From assembly GCA_018715625.1 (NCBI GenBank), contig DVLG01000055.1, positions 3,694 through 67,693 of the forward strand: DNA of 64,000 nt, in the 5' to 3' direction. Within the stretch, counting starts at the first letter, position 1. The number at the start of each line of letters is the position of its first letter. Below the pieces are notes generated by a model. It was not told the origin of the DNA. It saw only the letters and a list, made by a program, of their open reading frames with translations, and searched no databases. The stretch comes from Candidatus Scatovivens faecipullorum (GTDB lineage Bacteria; Bacillota; Clostridia; TANB77; CAG-508). Below are positions 38,839 to 48,439 of this stretch, in pieces. Both the position numbers and the translations under genes were made by a program.

Positions 38839-40755
38839 ATGGATGATGAAAAAATTTTAGATGTACTAAATAAATATATAGAAAATCCTAAAATGCAATA
38901 TGCAATTTTAATTGATGGAGACTGGGGAAGTGGAAAAACATATTTCATAAAAACTAAATTTGTAAAGAATAATAAGAATATTATATATATACCTCTAAAT
39001 GGAATAAAAAATAGGGAAGATATAGATAAAAAGATATATTATAAAATATTAGAAAATAATATGCCAGAGAAAATTACAAAATCAAAAGGATTTTCAGCTT
39101 TTAAAAAAACTAGTGGGGCTATTTTTGTTATTTCTAATGAAATTATAAAAAATGTATTTAAAATAGATATTTCTGGAGTAAAAAATTTAAATGCTAGTGA
39201 GATAATAAGTTTATTCAAAAATATATCTGATTATGTAATAGTATTTGATGATTTAGAAAGATGTGAAATGCCTATTAGTGAAACTTTAGGTTATATTAAT
39301 GATTATGTTGAACATAAAAATGTAAAATGTGTTATAGTTGCAAATGAGCAAGAGATAAATAAAATTAATTATGACAATAATTATGAATTAAAAGTAATGT
39401 CTTGTTTAAATGATAATATAGATTATGGCGAAAAACAAGGAAAAGATATATTTACTAAAATAAATAATGAAGAAAATAAAAAAGTAGATATACCTAAAAT
39501 TAAAAATAGAATTTTAAATATGTACGATGGAAATAAAAAATATAAAGCAATAAAGGAAAAGTTGATTGGTATAACAATTAAATATATTCCTGATATTAAT
39601 AAAGTATATGATCAATTAATAGTGGAATATAAAAAAAAGAATAAAGATTTATATGAATTTTTAAAAGAAAACAAAAATAAATGTATCAATATTATAAAAC
39701 TTAATAATTGCAATAACATAAGAACTATGATTTTTATATTAGATAGATTTGAAATTTTATATAACGAAATAAATAGATTAAATATAGATAAAAAATATTC
39801 AATTATCAATCTAGTATTCATTAATGTGATATTTTCTTCAATAGGAATAAAGAAAGGAATAGATATTAAACAAATATTATCTGGAGTAATGTATTCTAGT
39901 GCTGCATGCTTAACAGAAGATGTAAGACAAAATAATAATAATTATTATACGGCATTTAATTTTGTTGATGATTTTATACTTGATGGGAATATTGATAGAA
40001 GTAAAATGTTAGGAAGTATACAATATTATTTAGATATTAATTATGAAAATATAGAAGATGATGATCCTTATAATAAATTAAAAGTTTACTGGGAATTGGA
40101 AGATGATGAAATAAAAAATGCTATGCAAGAAATTTTAGTTAATATAAAGGCTAATAAATATAATTATAAACTATTTCCTAAAATAATATATAGTTTATCA
40201 TGTATAGAAAATTTAAATTTTGAAAAGGAAATAATTCAAGAAATCATTACTGAAATGGGAAAATACATTGAAAACAATGAGATTGATTATATAGATTTTC
40301 ATGTTTTTACTAGAGATGAGCAAGTGACTAAAATATATAACAAAAATATAAAATATATTAAAGATAAAATGGCTTTTAGTAGTAAAAATAAAAACATTAT
40401 TAATTTAAAGGATATATTTGAGTCAAAAGATTGGGGAGTAAAACTGAATGAATATATAAGAGAACAAGATTGTATTGAAAAAAAACAATTTTTAAATGAA
40501 TTTGATATAGATACTATTGTAGAAAAAATAAAGAATAGCAATAGTAAAAATATTTATAATTTTAAATATTGCATTGACAGAATATACAATTTTTCAAATT
40601 TAAAGGACTTTTATATAAATGATCTTGAAAAGATGGAACAATTAATAGAAAAATTAAAAGATATCGATAAAGACAGTTTTGGAATTACAAAAAAAGAAGC
40701 TATAGAATACCTAATTAAAACATTAAAAGAAAAGATAAAATTATTAGAACAGTAA
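38839..40755 (+). CDS. KAP-family P-loop NTPase
   Basis: 638 aa. Walker A GDWGSGKTYF. Walker B in the KAP-typical context YVIVFDDLERCEMP. Long helical C-terminal region. Confidence 0.75.
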   Translation: MDDEKILDVLNKYIENPKMQYAILIDGDWGSGKTYFIKTKFVKNNKNIIYIPLNGIKNREDIDKKIYYKILENNMPEKITKSKGFSAFKKTSGAIFVISNEIIKNVFKIDISGVKNLNASEIISLFKNISDYVIVFDDLERCEMPISETLGYINDYVEHKNVKCVIVANEQEINKINYDNNYELKVMSCLNDNIDYGEKQGKDIFTKINNEENKKVDIPKIKNRILNMYDGNKKYKAIKEKLIGITIKYIPDINKVYDQLIVEYKKKNKDLYEFLKENKNKCINIIKLNNCNNIRTMIFILDRFEILYNEINRLNIDKKYSIINLVFINVIFSSIGIKKGIDIKQILSGVMYSSAACLTEDVRQNNNNYYTAFNFVDDFILDGNIDRSKMLGSIQYYLDINYENIEDDDPYNKLKVYWELEDDEIKNAMQEILVNIKANKYNYKLFPKIIYSLSCIENLNFEKEIIQEIITEMGKYIENNEIDYIDFHVFTRDEQVTKIYNKNIKYIKDKMAFSSKNKNIINLKDIFESKDWGVKLNEYIREQDCIEKKQFLNEFDIDTIVEKIKNSNSKNIYNFKYCIDRIYNFSNLKDFYINDLEKMEQLIEKLKDIDKDSFGITKKEAIEYLIKTLKEKIKLLEQ

Positions 40756-40779
40756 AAAGGTAATAAAGGAAGTGTAATA

Positions 40780-42054
40780 ATGTCAGTTTGCTATTTTGAT
40801 GATAAATATGATGATAAATATGATTGCCAATACGAGGTAAAAAAAGATGGAATAGAAGTAACAGTTGATTACGATATTGATGAAGAAATACCAGCAATTA
40901 ATGGAGCGAGAACATTTGGAAGTAATACAGAATTTAAGAAAAGAGATATTTTAATTATTGATCAAAAAACAAAAATGAATTATTTATTAAAAAAAGCATA
41001 TTATTATGGTCATTCAGAGGTGTTCGGAACTCCAGATGGAGGAGCTAAAACAAAATTTTTTTCAAGTTATTATTTTAAAAATAGAAGCTATGAAAAGTTA
41101 TGTGATATACCACATGGAAATAATATAAAAAAAGTTAGAGTTTATAGCAACATAATAAATGAATTTATAGGTTATCCAAGTTTATCTAGAAAAAAAACAG
41201 ATAATGAGTATATTATTAAGTTAAAAAAAGATACAATAAAACAAAAAGTAGAAATAAATAGTAATAATATAAAATCTTTAGTAGTATCAGATGATTGGAA
41301 AAGCGAACTAAGTAGAAAGAATAACAAAATAGATATTAGACTAAATGGATATGTTGAAATTGAAATGGATAAAAGTATTGGCTATGAAGAAGTGTATGAA
41401 TATGTAAATGAGTTAACAATATTTTTTCAATTATTAAAACCATATAGATTTAACATTGATAAGGTTATGGTAGAAATTAATAAAACTTTTTTTGAGCTAT
41501 GTATTCCTATGAATGAAATTAAGTATAATAGTTCACATGTTAATAGTAGTGTAAAAGACGATTTGCTACAGTTTCTATTTAAATGTTATACAAAAATACC
41601 ATATAGAAATAGTAATAATGAAATAAGAAATATTCCATTTATAGTATTACATACTTCAAGAAATATAGAAGATAATTTTTTAATGTTTTATAGATTTATA
41701 GAGTGTTATTATAAGCAACAACCAATAAAAGGGATAAAGAATTCATTTATAAGGTATAGTATTGAAAATAATTATAAAGATAAAGAGAAAATTCAAAATA
41801 TTGAGAATTTAGAACGTGAAATAATATGTTTAAGAAATCATTACGTACATAATGGATATCATATAACAAATAAAAAGTTATATATATCATTCAAGAAAAT
41901 AGGAAAAAAGGCAAATCCCAAAAATTATAGAGCAAAGAATGTTGATTTTAACTGGATATATGAAAGAACGAAAATATTGTATAAAATAGTTATAGACATA
42001 ATATTTAGAGAAATGCTACAATATGATAATTATGAATTTAATAAACATTTCTAA
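40780..42054 (+). CDS. HEPN-motif protein, ApeA-like architecture (putative RNase effector)
   Basis: 424 aa, 24 nt after the KAP gene. C-terminal helical domain with FLMFYRFIECYY ... ICLRNHYVHNGY (R-N-x3-H = HEPN Rx4-6H motif). The beta-rich N-terminal ~250 aa is reminiscent of the ApeA N-terminal domain. Motif-level call. Confidence 0.5.
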   Translation: MSVCYFDDKYDDKYDCQYEVKKDGIEVTVDYDIDEEIPAINGARTFGSNTEFKKRDILIIDQKTKMNYLLKKAYYYGHSEVFGTPDGGAKTKFFSSYYFKNRSYEKLCDIPHGNNIKKVRVYSNIINEFIGYPSLSRKKTDNEYIIKLKKDTIKQKVEINSNNIKSLVVSDDWKSELSRKNNKIDIRLNGYVEIEMDKSIGYEEVYEYVNELTIFFQLLKPYRFNIDKVMVEINKTFFELCIPMNEIKYNSSHVNSSVKDDLLQFLFKCYTKIPYRNSNNEIRNIPFIVLHTSRNIEDNFLMFYRFIECYYKQQPIKGIKNSFIRYSIENNYKDKEKIQNIENLEREIICLRNHYVHNGYHITNKKLYISFKKIGKKANPKNYRAKNVDFNWIYERTKILYKIVIDIIFREMLQYDNYEFNKHF

Positions 42055-42062
42055 TCAATATA

Positions 42063-42095
42063 AAAGTAGTACAAATTATAAGTACTACTTTTTAT
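42063..42095. terminator. bidirectional hairpin between convergent genes
   Basis: AAAGTAGTAC (42063-42072) / GTACTACTTT (42082-42091). Confidence 0.6.
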
Positions 42096-43330
42096 TTATC
42101 TTGTTCATCTACCCATTTCGCAAATTCTTTATTAGAAATTTTTCCAGAGCATACATCCTTATACATTTGTTTTCCAGTTTTTCTATATTCTTCCAAATCT
42201 TTTTGATACATATCTATTTCAGGATTTCGTTTAGCTCTAAGTTGTTTTCTACTTCCGATTTTTCTATATTTATCATATGTTGTATCATTTTCTTTTTTTC
42301 TTTTTTGATATTCTTTATTCCCAATATCTTTACATGTCATATTGTCTTTAGTAATTCTATCACAATAAGTAACAGTCTCTTTATGAGTTATAAAGTATCT
42401 TCCACAATTACCACAAATTTTAATATGCATTTTGTTTACAGCAACTACATTGAATAAGGTAATATAAAAACTTGTAAATAAGTTAGTAGTTTCAAATTGT
42501 TGAAGACTATTAAGTTTTCTACCAGTAGGATCTATTTCCTCAATGGCAGAGACCAAAACATTTATATCTTCAAGTCCAATTAATTCTTTTCTTATAGGAA
42601 AGTCATTATATTGATAATCCAATAAGTCTGTTGAATGAAAGTCTCGTTTAATTTTTGTAAAAGTATCCTGATATAATTGATTGTATAAGAAAAATATTTG
42701 TTTATGTGTTAAATATTTCATATCAAAAGGATTATTAATTTTATAAACGAAATTAACACATTTCTTAAAAAGACTTTGATAATATATTAAATTCCCCTTT
42801 TCTTTATCATAGTATTTTTTAGCTATCCCAATTATTTCATTTATAGGATATAAAGTATCTAATTCAATATACTTAATATCTTTATCATCTAATTTATCTA
42901 TAAAATAATCAAAGAAATTTATAAAAAACAATAAATAATCATTAAATACATCAAAATTATAGCTTATAAAATCTAATAAAGATAGATCATAGTGTTCAAC
43001 AGAAGATGTTGGCTCAAAAACTATATAACCTTTTAAATCTTCTACATTATCTTTAAAAGAAAGAGGAACAGACTCAACAGTTTTATCAATTTCTACTATT
43101 GATTTTAATTCACTTATTATTTTTTCTCTTTCTGATTCAGAATTTGCATTTTCCAATTCTAAAACTAATTGCCCAAATTTTTCATCAGGTGGAATAGTCC
43201 TTAAATTTGCTAAATATTTATTATTAGTTTTGCTTATAGGTTTACTCAAATAAGATCCAGAAGTATGGATAAATATTTGAGCAAAATATGAAGCATCAAA
43301 AGAAATACCTATTTTATTTTTTCTTTCCAT
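42092..43330 (-). CDS. zinc-ribbon protein typical of this class of clostridial integrative elements (DUF6076-like)
   Basis: 412 aa. C-terminal CGNCGRYFITHKETVTYCDR...MTCKD Cys cluster followed by a basic helical tail. Lies between integrase-side cargo and the xis/replication module. Family name from memory, not verified. Confidence 0.45.
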   Translation of the reverse strand: MERKNKIGISFDASYFAQIFIHTSGSYLSKPISKTNNKYLANLRTIPPDEKFGQLVLELENANSESEREKIISELKSIVEIDKTVESVPLSFKDNVEDLKGYIVFEPTSSVEHYDLSLLDFISYNFDVFNDYLLFFINFFDYFIDKLDDKDIKYIELDTLYPINEIIGIAKKYYDKEKGNLIYYQSLFKKCVNFVYKINNPFDMKYLTHKQIFFLYNQLYQDTFTKIKRDFHSTDLLDYQYNDFPIRKELIGLEDINVLVSAIEEIDPTGRKLNSLQQFETTNLFTSFYITLFNVVAVNKMHIKICGNCGRYFITHKETVTYCDRITKDNMTCKDIGNKEYQKRKKENDTTYDKYRKIGSRKQLRAKRNPEIDMYQKDLEEYRKTGKQMYKDVCSGKISNKEFAKWVDEQDK

Positions 43331-43516
43331 ATCTAATCTCCTTTGTTAACAAATCACAAAAAAACCAAAAGTTTTGCTTTGATAACTGAATTCTCTAAAT
43401 TTAATAGGATTTTATCATAAAGCGTGGTAAAATTCAATTAGTTAACATGAAAAAACATATAAAACTTGTTAACGAGAATTGACAGACTAATATACCTAAT
43501 GAAAGGAGGCGATTTT

Positions 43517-43717
43517 ATGGAACTACAAAAAGTACAAAGAACTACACTAACAATGAAAGAAGCAGCAGAGTATTTAGGAATTTCTTATTGGTTAATTAAT
43601 CAATTAGTAAGAAAAAAACAAATACCATGCTCCAAAGTTGGTGGAAAATTTCTATTTAGAGTTCAAGCATTAGATGAATATTTAAATAGAAAAGAAAAAG
43701 AATCAGTTAGTTACTAG
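43517..43717 (+). CDS. xis: excisionase-family helix-turn-helix protein
   Basis: 66 aa from ATG 43517 (AGGAGG upstream). LTMKEAAEYLGISYWLINQLVRKKQIPCSKVGGKFLFRVQALDEYL matches the MerR-like excisionase DNA-binding domain. Confidence 0.7.
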   Translation: MELQKVQRTTLTMKEAAEYLGISYWLINQLVRKKQIPCSKVGGKFLFRVQALDEYLNRKEKESVSY

Positions 43718-43745
43718 CTAACAGGGAAAGAGAGGAAAGGAGGAT

Positions 43746-44264
43746 ATGTATGAATTACCTTGGTTTAAAACAGAAACTAATATTTTTTCAAACAGAAAGA
43801 TTCAATTGATTTTAAAATTAACTGATGGAGATACTTATTTTAGAGTATGGATACAGCTAATTGCATTAGCAGTTGAATGTAATAACAAAGGAAGATTAGA
43901 AATAGGAGACAATAATCCTATGACAATAGAAAATTTTTCAAAGATTATGGGAAAATCTAAGAAAAAAATAGAAAAGATTTTAAATAAGTTTCTAGAATTA
44001 GAAATGTTAATAAAAGAAGGGGAAACATTTCTAATAAAAAATTGGGACAAATATCAAAGTATTGAAAAGTATGAAAAATATCAAATGCAAAACAGAGAAA
44101 GACAAAAAAGATATCGTGAAAAATTAAAAAGTGAAAATGAAAAAAGTAACGTTATTCAAACGTTAAGTAACGGAGAAGAAAAGAATACAAAAGATTTAAG
44201 AATAAGAAAAGAAGAAAAAATAAGAGAGGAGAGCGAAAATGGTTTTAGAGAATACAAAATATAA
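43746..44264 (+). CDS. phage replisome-organizer N-terminal-domain protein
   Basis: WFKTETNIFSNRKIQLI...GDTYFRVWIQLIALAVECNNKGRL...MTIENFSKIMGKS...FLELEMLI follows the replisome organizer N-terminal domain pattern. Basic C-terminal tail. Confidence 0.65.
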   Translation: MYELPWFKTETNIFSNRKIQLILKLTDGDTYFRVWIQLIALAVECNNKGRLEIGDNNPMTIENFSKIMGKSKKKIEKILNKFLELEMLIKEGETFLIKNWDKYQSIEKYEKYQMQNRERQKRYREKLKSENEKSNVIQTLSNGEEKNTKDLRIRKEEKIREESENGFREYKI

Positions 44265-45075
44265 CGAAGTTATTCATAAAAAATCGAAGAAATGTGAATT
44301 TTGTGGCAGAGAATTAACTCCAATTGGACTTGATTATTTATATGCTAATTTTTCTCCAGATAATATTGAATATGAAAGATGTACTTGCAAAAAGTCACAA
44401 GAATATTGGAATGAGAAAGATAAACAAGTCTATGAAATTACAAAAAGAAAACATTTTAGAGAGTTTATAAACAAAATATATAAACAAAACTATATTGGTA
44501 GAAAATTTCAAGATTTAAACTTTGAAAATTTTAATAGTAATTCTGAAAATGAATTAGCCATAGCAATTGCTAAGGACTATGTAAATAAAAATATTACAGG
44601 TGCAAATACCAATGGACTGATAATAATGGGCGAGTCAGGAGTTGGAAAAACACATTTAGCAGCGTCAATTGCTAATAAATTAATTGAAAATGACAAGATA
44701 GCGCTAATGGGAAGATTAACAACTTTATTAGATATGATAAAGGAAACTTTTAAAGATAATACAAAGTCGGAGAATGAATTAATTGAGCTATATTCAAATG
44801 TAGATATGATAATAATTGATGATCTAGGAACAGAAAAAATAAGTAACTGGGCATTAGAAAAATTATATACAATAATTGAAAATAGAAATGAAAATAGATT
44901 ACCAATAATTATTACAACAAGATTTGATAAGCAAGGATTAATTGAAAGATTTAACAAATGCCAGGATGAACAATTGGTAAATGCGATTATCTCAAAATTG
45001 TATCAAATGTGTTATGGAGTAACACTAAAAAATATAAAAGAAAAAGCTAGCACAAGCGACCAAACTAAATGCTAA
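44239..45075 (+). CDS. DnaC/IstB-like AAA+ ATPase (helicase-loader-like)
   Basis: Walker A GESGVGKTHLAASIANKL, Walker B MIIIDDLGTE, N-terminal Cys4 cluster. Overlaps the upstream gene by 26 nt. Confidence 0.75.
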   Translation: MVLENTKYNEVIHKKSKKCEFCGRELTPIGLDYLYANFSPDNIEYERCTCKKSQEYWNEKDKQVYEITKRKHFREFINKIYKQNYIGRKFQDLNFENFNSNSENELAIAIAKDYVNKNITGANTNGLIIMGESGVGKTHLAASIANKLIENDKIALMGRLTTLLDMIKETFKDNTKSENELIELYSNVDMIIIDDLGTEKISNWALEKLYTIIENRNENRLPIIITTRFDKQGLIERFNKCQDEQLVNAIISKLYQMCYGVTLKNIKEKASTSDQTKC

Positions 45076-45148
45076 CTTAAATGATTGTAACTATATTTTA
45101 ATACAAAAAATTGAAAAAGTAAATAGAAAAAAGAAAGGATTTGATAAT

Positions 45149-45535
45149 ATGAAGGTTTATAAAGGATATAAAGAAATAGAAATAAAAGATATAAAAGGAG
45201 TTAAATATAACAGAATTTGTAATAGAAATTTAGAAAAGGTTTCTAGATATATGGAAACAATAAAAAGAAATGGAATTAAGAAACCATTTGAAATTATTCA
45301 AAAAGAAAATGGATATTATATTTTTAGAGATGAAGCAAGATTAGTAGCAGCGAAAGCAGCAGGATATGACAAAGTTCCATGCTTAATAAGAGATATAAAA
45401 CAAGAAATCTTATTAAGAAAAATAAATAGAATATTTAAAGTAGAAGATGAAAATCATGAAGTAAAAGGTAATATGGATGATGAAGAAAGATTGAATTTTT
45501 ACAAAAATAATTATTATAAATTAAATAATTTATAA
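45149..45535 (+). CDS. ParB N-terminal (ParB/Srx-fold) domain protein
   Basis: 128 aa. ...TIKRNGIKKPFEIIQKENGYYIFRDEARLVAAKAAGYDKVPCLI resembles the ParB-like nuclease/NTPase N-domain. Confidence 0.55.
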   Translation: MKVYKGYKEIEIKDIKGVKYNRICNRNLEKVSRYMETIKRNGIKKPFEIIQKENGYYIFRDEARLVAAKAAGYDKVPCLIRDIKQEILLRKINRIFKVEDENHEVKGNMDDEERLNFYKNNYYKLNNL

Positions 45536-45664
45536 TAAAAAATAAGAAGAAAAGTACTTGGATTTTAACAAAAAAAGTCCAAGTATTTTCAAAATAAGGT
45601 GTGCATTTGATATAAAAAAAGAATAATTTTAGTACTAAAAAGAAGCATATTGTTGTCCTAACAA

Positions 45665-45715
45665 GCAATGAATTTCGTCAGCTCGAAATTCTAAATGGGG
45701 AAATTCCCCAATCCC
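45665..45715 (+). other. candidate oriT (inverted repeats directly upstream of the relaxase gene)
   Basis: GAATTTCG (45670-45677) / CGAAATTC (45684-45691), and the palindrome GGGGAAATTCCCC (45697-45709), 30-70 nt upstream of the relaxase start. Position-based inference only. Confidence 0.3.
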
Positions 45716-45740
45716 CTTTTTAGAAGAGAGGAGAAAGCAA

Positions 45741-47126
45741 ATGGCAACAACAAAAATATGGAAAGTACGAAAGAGATTAGATCATGTAATTAACTATGCA
45801 ACAAATGAAGAAAAGACAAAAAATATTTATAGCAAATATGAAATGGATGAGTTTGATAGTATCAGACAAGTAATGACTTATGCAACCAATCCAGATAAAA
45901 CAGAAGAGCAATTTTATACTACAGGGATAAATTGTGAAATAGAAGATGTAGTTAAACAAATGCAATTTGTAAAAATATTTTATGGAAAAGAAAATGGCAT
46001 ATTAGCATTTCATGCATATCAATCTTTTAATGAAGGAGAAGTTACTCCAGAGATAGCACATGAAATTGGAGTAAAACTTGCAAATGAAATGTGGGGAGAT
46101 AGATTTCAAGTTGTAGTATCTACTCATTTAAATACAAAACATCTCCATAATCATTTTGTAATTAATTCTGTGTCATTTAAAGATGGAAAAAAGTATTATA
46201 GTAATTTGAGTAATACAGCATTATTAAGAAAAACATCAGACGAAATATGTGAAGAATATGGTTTAAGTATTTTAAAAGAGAAGACTTGTAAATCTGGAAT
46301 TAATTTTGAAAACTTTTATAAAAAATCTATGAGAGATTCAGATTATTATAAATTTGCAAAAGAAGATATAGATTATGCAATAGAACATTCGTGGACTTAT
46401 AAAGAATTCTTAAAAAGATTAAAAGAAATGGGATATGAGGTATATTTTAGAGCTAATAAAATTAGTGTGAGAAGGTATCCACATAAAAGAAATATTAGAA
46501 TAGAAAGAGCATTTGGAGAAGAATATTCTATTGAAAATATTCAAAATAAAATTCGTAGTAGATATCCAAGTAGAGAAGAAGTAATAAAACCTAAAACTTA
46601 TGATAGAAGATTATTTTATAAAGGTAGTACAAAGAAATTAAGAAAACCTAAAGGAATAATTGCTTTATATTATTACTATTGCTATTTATTAAAAGTATAT
46701 CCAAAGAAAAAATTAAACTATAAACTTACTCCAGAAATGAGAGAAGAAGTAAAAAAGATGGACAAATATTCTGAACAAATAAGGTTTATATGTAAGTATA
46801 AATTAGAAACTATAAATGATATAGATAATTTAAAAGAGGAGAAAAAAGAAGAATTACAAAAGACTTTGAATACAAGGAATAGGTTGTATTATAAAAGGCA
46901 GAAATTAGATAATGAAAGTGCAAAAGATGCTGTGACCAAAGAAATAATTAATGTTACTTCTGATATAGAGAAAGTTAGGAAAGAGATTAGGTTATGTGAT
47001 GAAGTCAGAGATAATGCTAGGAAGATGAAAGAGCAATTAAAAGAGATGAAGGAAAGGGAACAGGGAAAAGTAAAAGATAAGAAATCAAAAGAAAAAAAGA
47101 ACAAGGAGAGGAGATGTGATAGATAA
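45741..47126 (+). CDS. relaxase / mobilization nuclease (MobP-type, Relaxase domain)
   Basis: 461 aa. N-terminal catalytic region with HAYQSF and the His-triad-like STHLNTKHLHNHFVINSV. K/E-rich coiled C-terminus. Confidence 0.8.
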   Translation: MATTKIWKVRKRLDHVINYATNEEKTKNIYSKYEMDEFDSIRQVMTYATNPDKTEEQFYTTGINCEIEDVVKQMQFVKIFYGKENGILAFHAYQSFNEGEVTPEIAHEIGVKLANEMWGDRFQVVVSTHLNTKHLHNHFVINSVSFKDGKKYYSNLSNTALLRKTSDEICEEYGLSILKEKTCKSGINFENFYKKSMRDSDYYKFAKEDIDYAIEHSWTYKEFLKRLKEMGYEVYFRANKISVRRYPHKRNIRIERAFGEEYSIENIQNKIRSRYPSREEVIKPKTYDRRLFYKGSTKKLRKPKGIIALYYYYCYLLKVYPKKKLNYKLTPEMREEVKKMDKYSEQIRFICKYKLETINDIDNLKEEKKEELQKTLNTRNRLYYKRQKLDNESAKDAVTKEIINVTSDIEKVRKEIRLCDEVRDNARKMKEQLKEMKEREQGKVKDKKSKEKKNKERRCDR

Positions 47127-47156
47127 AATTGGCACAGAAATGTGCCTAAAATTATT

Positions 47157-47207
47157 TCTTGAAATATTCAAGAAAATCTTGAATAAAAATATCATAAATG
47201 ATAAAAT
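47157..47207 (+). promoter_or_regulatory. promoter with C-box-like operator upstream of the HTH gene
   Basis: Palindrome TCTTGAA-ATA-TTCAAGA (47157-47173) plus a third TCTTGAA half-site (47177-47183) overlapping -35 TTGAAT (47179-47184). 17-nt spacer, -10 TAAAAT (47202-47207). Confidence 0.5.
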
Positions 47208-47243
47208 CTTTTTAGAGTAAAAAATTAAATAGGGGGTCTCTGA

Positions 47244-47444
47244 ATGACTATAAGTTATGACAGACTATGGAAATTAATGATAGATAAAAAAATAAATAAA
47301 ACACAATTATGTGAAAAAGCAAGAATAACTACAAATGCAATGGCAAAGTTAGGAAGAAATGAGACTGTTCAAATAGAAACTTTAGCTAAAATATGTGAAG
47401 TTCTTGAATGTAGTGTTGATGATATATTAGAGATAGAAATTTAA
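47244..47444 (+). CDS. Cro/C1-type (XRE) helix-turn-helix regulator, controller-protein-like
   Basis: 66 aa. KTQLCEKARITTNAMAKLGRNETVQIETLAKICEVLECSVDDIL. First gene of a tightly packed operon (18-nt gap to the next gene). Confidence 0.7.
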   Translation: MTISYDRLWKLMIDKKINKTQLCEKARITTNAMAKLGRNETVQIETLAKICEVLECSVDDILEIEI

Positions 47445-47462
47445 TAAATAGGAGATTACAAA

Positions 47463-48431
47463 ATGTTTAATGAACTAATTGATATTAAAGAAGAAAATTT
47501 GTTATCAGTTGATTCTGAATTATTAAATATTCTTTTAAAAGATAATAGTAGTGGTCGAAATATTATATGGGCAACAAATGACTATAAATATAATGGAATA
47601 GGATTCGAATTTGAATCTGAAATAACTATTAGTAAAATAACTGGATCATATAAAGATTTAATTAAACCTCGTTCTAAAAAAAATAAAGAAGAAAAAGAAG
47701 CTAGATCAAAAAATAATGCAGAGGTTTTTACACCATCGTGGATTTGCAATGAACAAAATAATTTGGCAGATGAATCATGGTTTGAAAGGACAAATGTATT
47801 TAATAGATCTGGTAATAAAGGTTGGATAACAAATTACAATAAAATTGAATTTAAAGGAAAAACTTGGCAAGATTATGTTAAAAGTACAAGATTAGAAATC
47901 TCATGTGGAGAAGCACCATATTTAGTGAGTAGATATGATACTGTTACAGGAAAGTCAATTAAAGTAGAAGATAGAATTGGACTGTTAGATAGAAAATTAA
48001 GGATTGTATCTGAAAATAATTTAAATGAAGAAGAATGGATAGAATGGTCAATTGTTGCAGTAAAGAATGTATATGGGTTTGATTGGCAAGGTGATAATAT
48101 TTTATTAGCTAGAGAAAATTTATTATATACTTATATTGATTATTATTACAATAAATTCAATAAAAAACCAGATATTAAATTAATAAAAGAAATTGCTAAT
48201 ATTATAAGCTGGAATATATGGCAAATGGATGGTATTAAATATGTGATACCAAATAGTTGTAAAAACGAGAAGGTAACAGAAATAACATTATTTGGAAATA
48301 TAACAAAAGAGTATACTTGCGAAGGTTGTAAAACAGGAAATAATAAAAAGCATAATGGTATATATTGCAAGATAATGAATTGGGACACAAATAGAAAAAT
48401 TAAATTTGAAACATTATTAAAGAAAAAATAG
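47463..48431 (+). CDS. unknown protein with isolated methyltransferase-like motifs (EVFTP, GEAPY). Candidate partner subunit of the helicase-methylase.
   Basis: 322 aa, AGGAG RBS, 8 nt before the 1362-aa gene. NNAEVFTPSWICNEQNN resembles gamma-class MTase motif X, and RLEISCGEAPYLV resembles a degenerate motif IV. No AdoMet motif I (FxGxG) seen. C-terminal Cys pairs (CKNEK, CEGCKTGN, YCK). Confidence 0.35.
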   Translation: MFNELIDIKEENLLSVDSELLNILLKDNSSGRNIIWATNDYKYNGIGFEFESEITISKITGSYKDLIKPRSKKNKEEKEARSKNNAEVFTPSWICNEQNNLADESWFERTNVFNRSGNKGWITNYNKIEFKGKTWQDYVKSTRLEISCGEAPYLVSRYDTVTGKSIKVEDRIGLLDRKLRIVSENNLNEEEWIEWSIVAVKNVYGFDWQGDNILLARENLLYTYIDYYYNKFNKKPDIKLIKEIANIISWNIWQMDGIKYVIPNSCKNEKVTEITLFGNITKEYTCEGCKTGNNKKHNGIYCKIMNWDTNRKIKFETLLKKK

Positions 48432-48439
48432 GAGGAATA

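Noticed and set aside
42023-42457. 144-aa plus-strand ORF.
   Set aside because: It is antisense to the 412-aa zinc-ribbon gene and runs through the bidirectional terminator. Its composition is a low-complexity F/I/S artefact.
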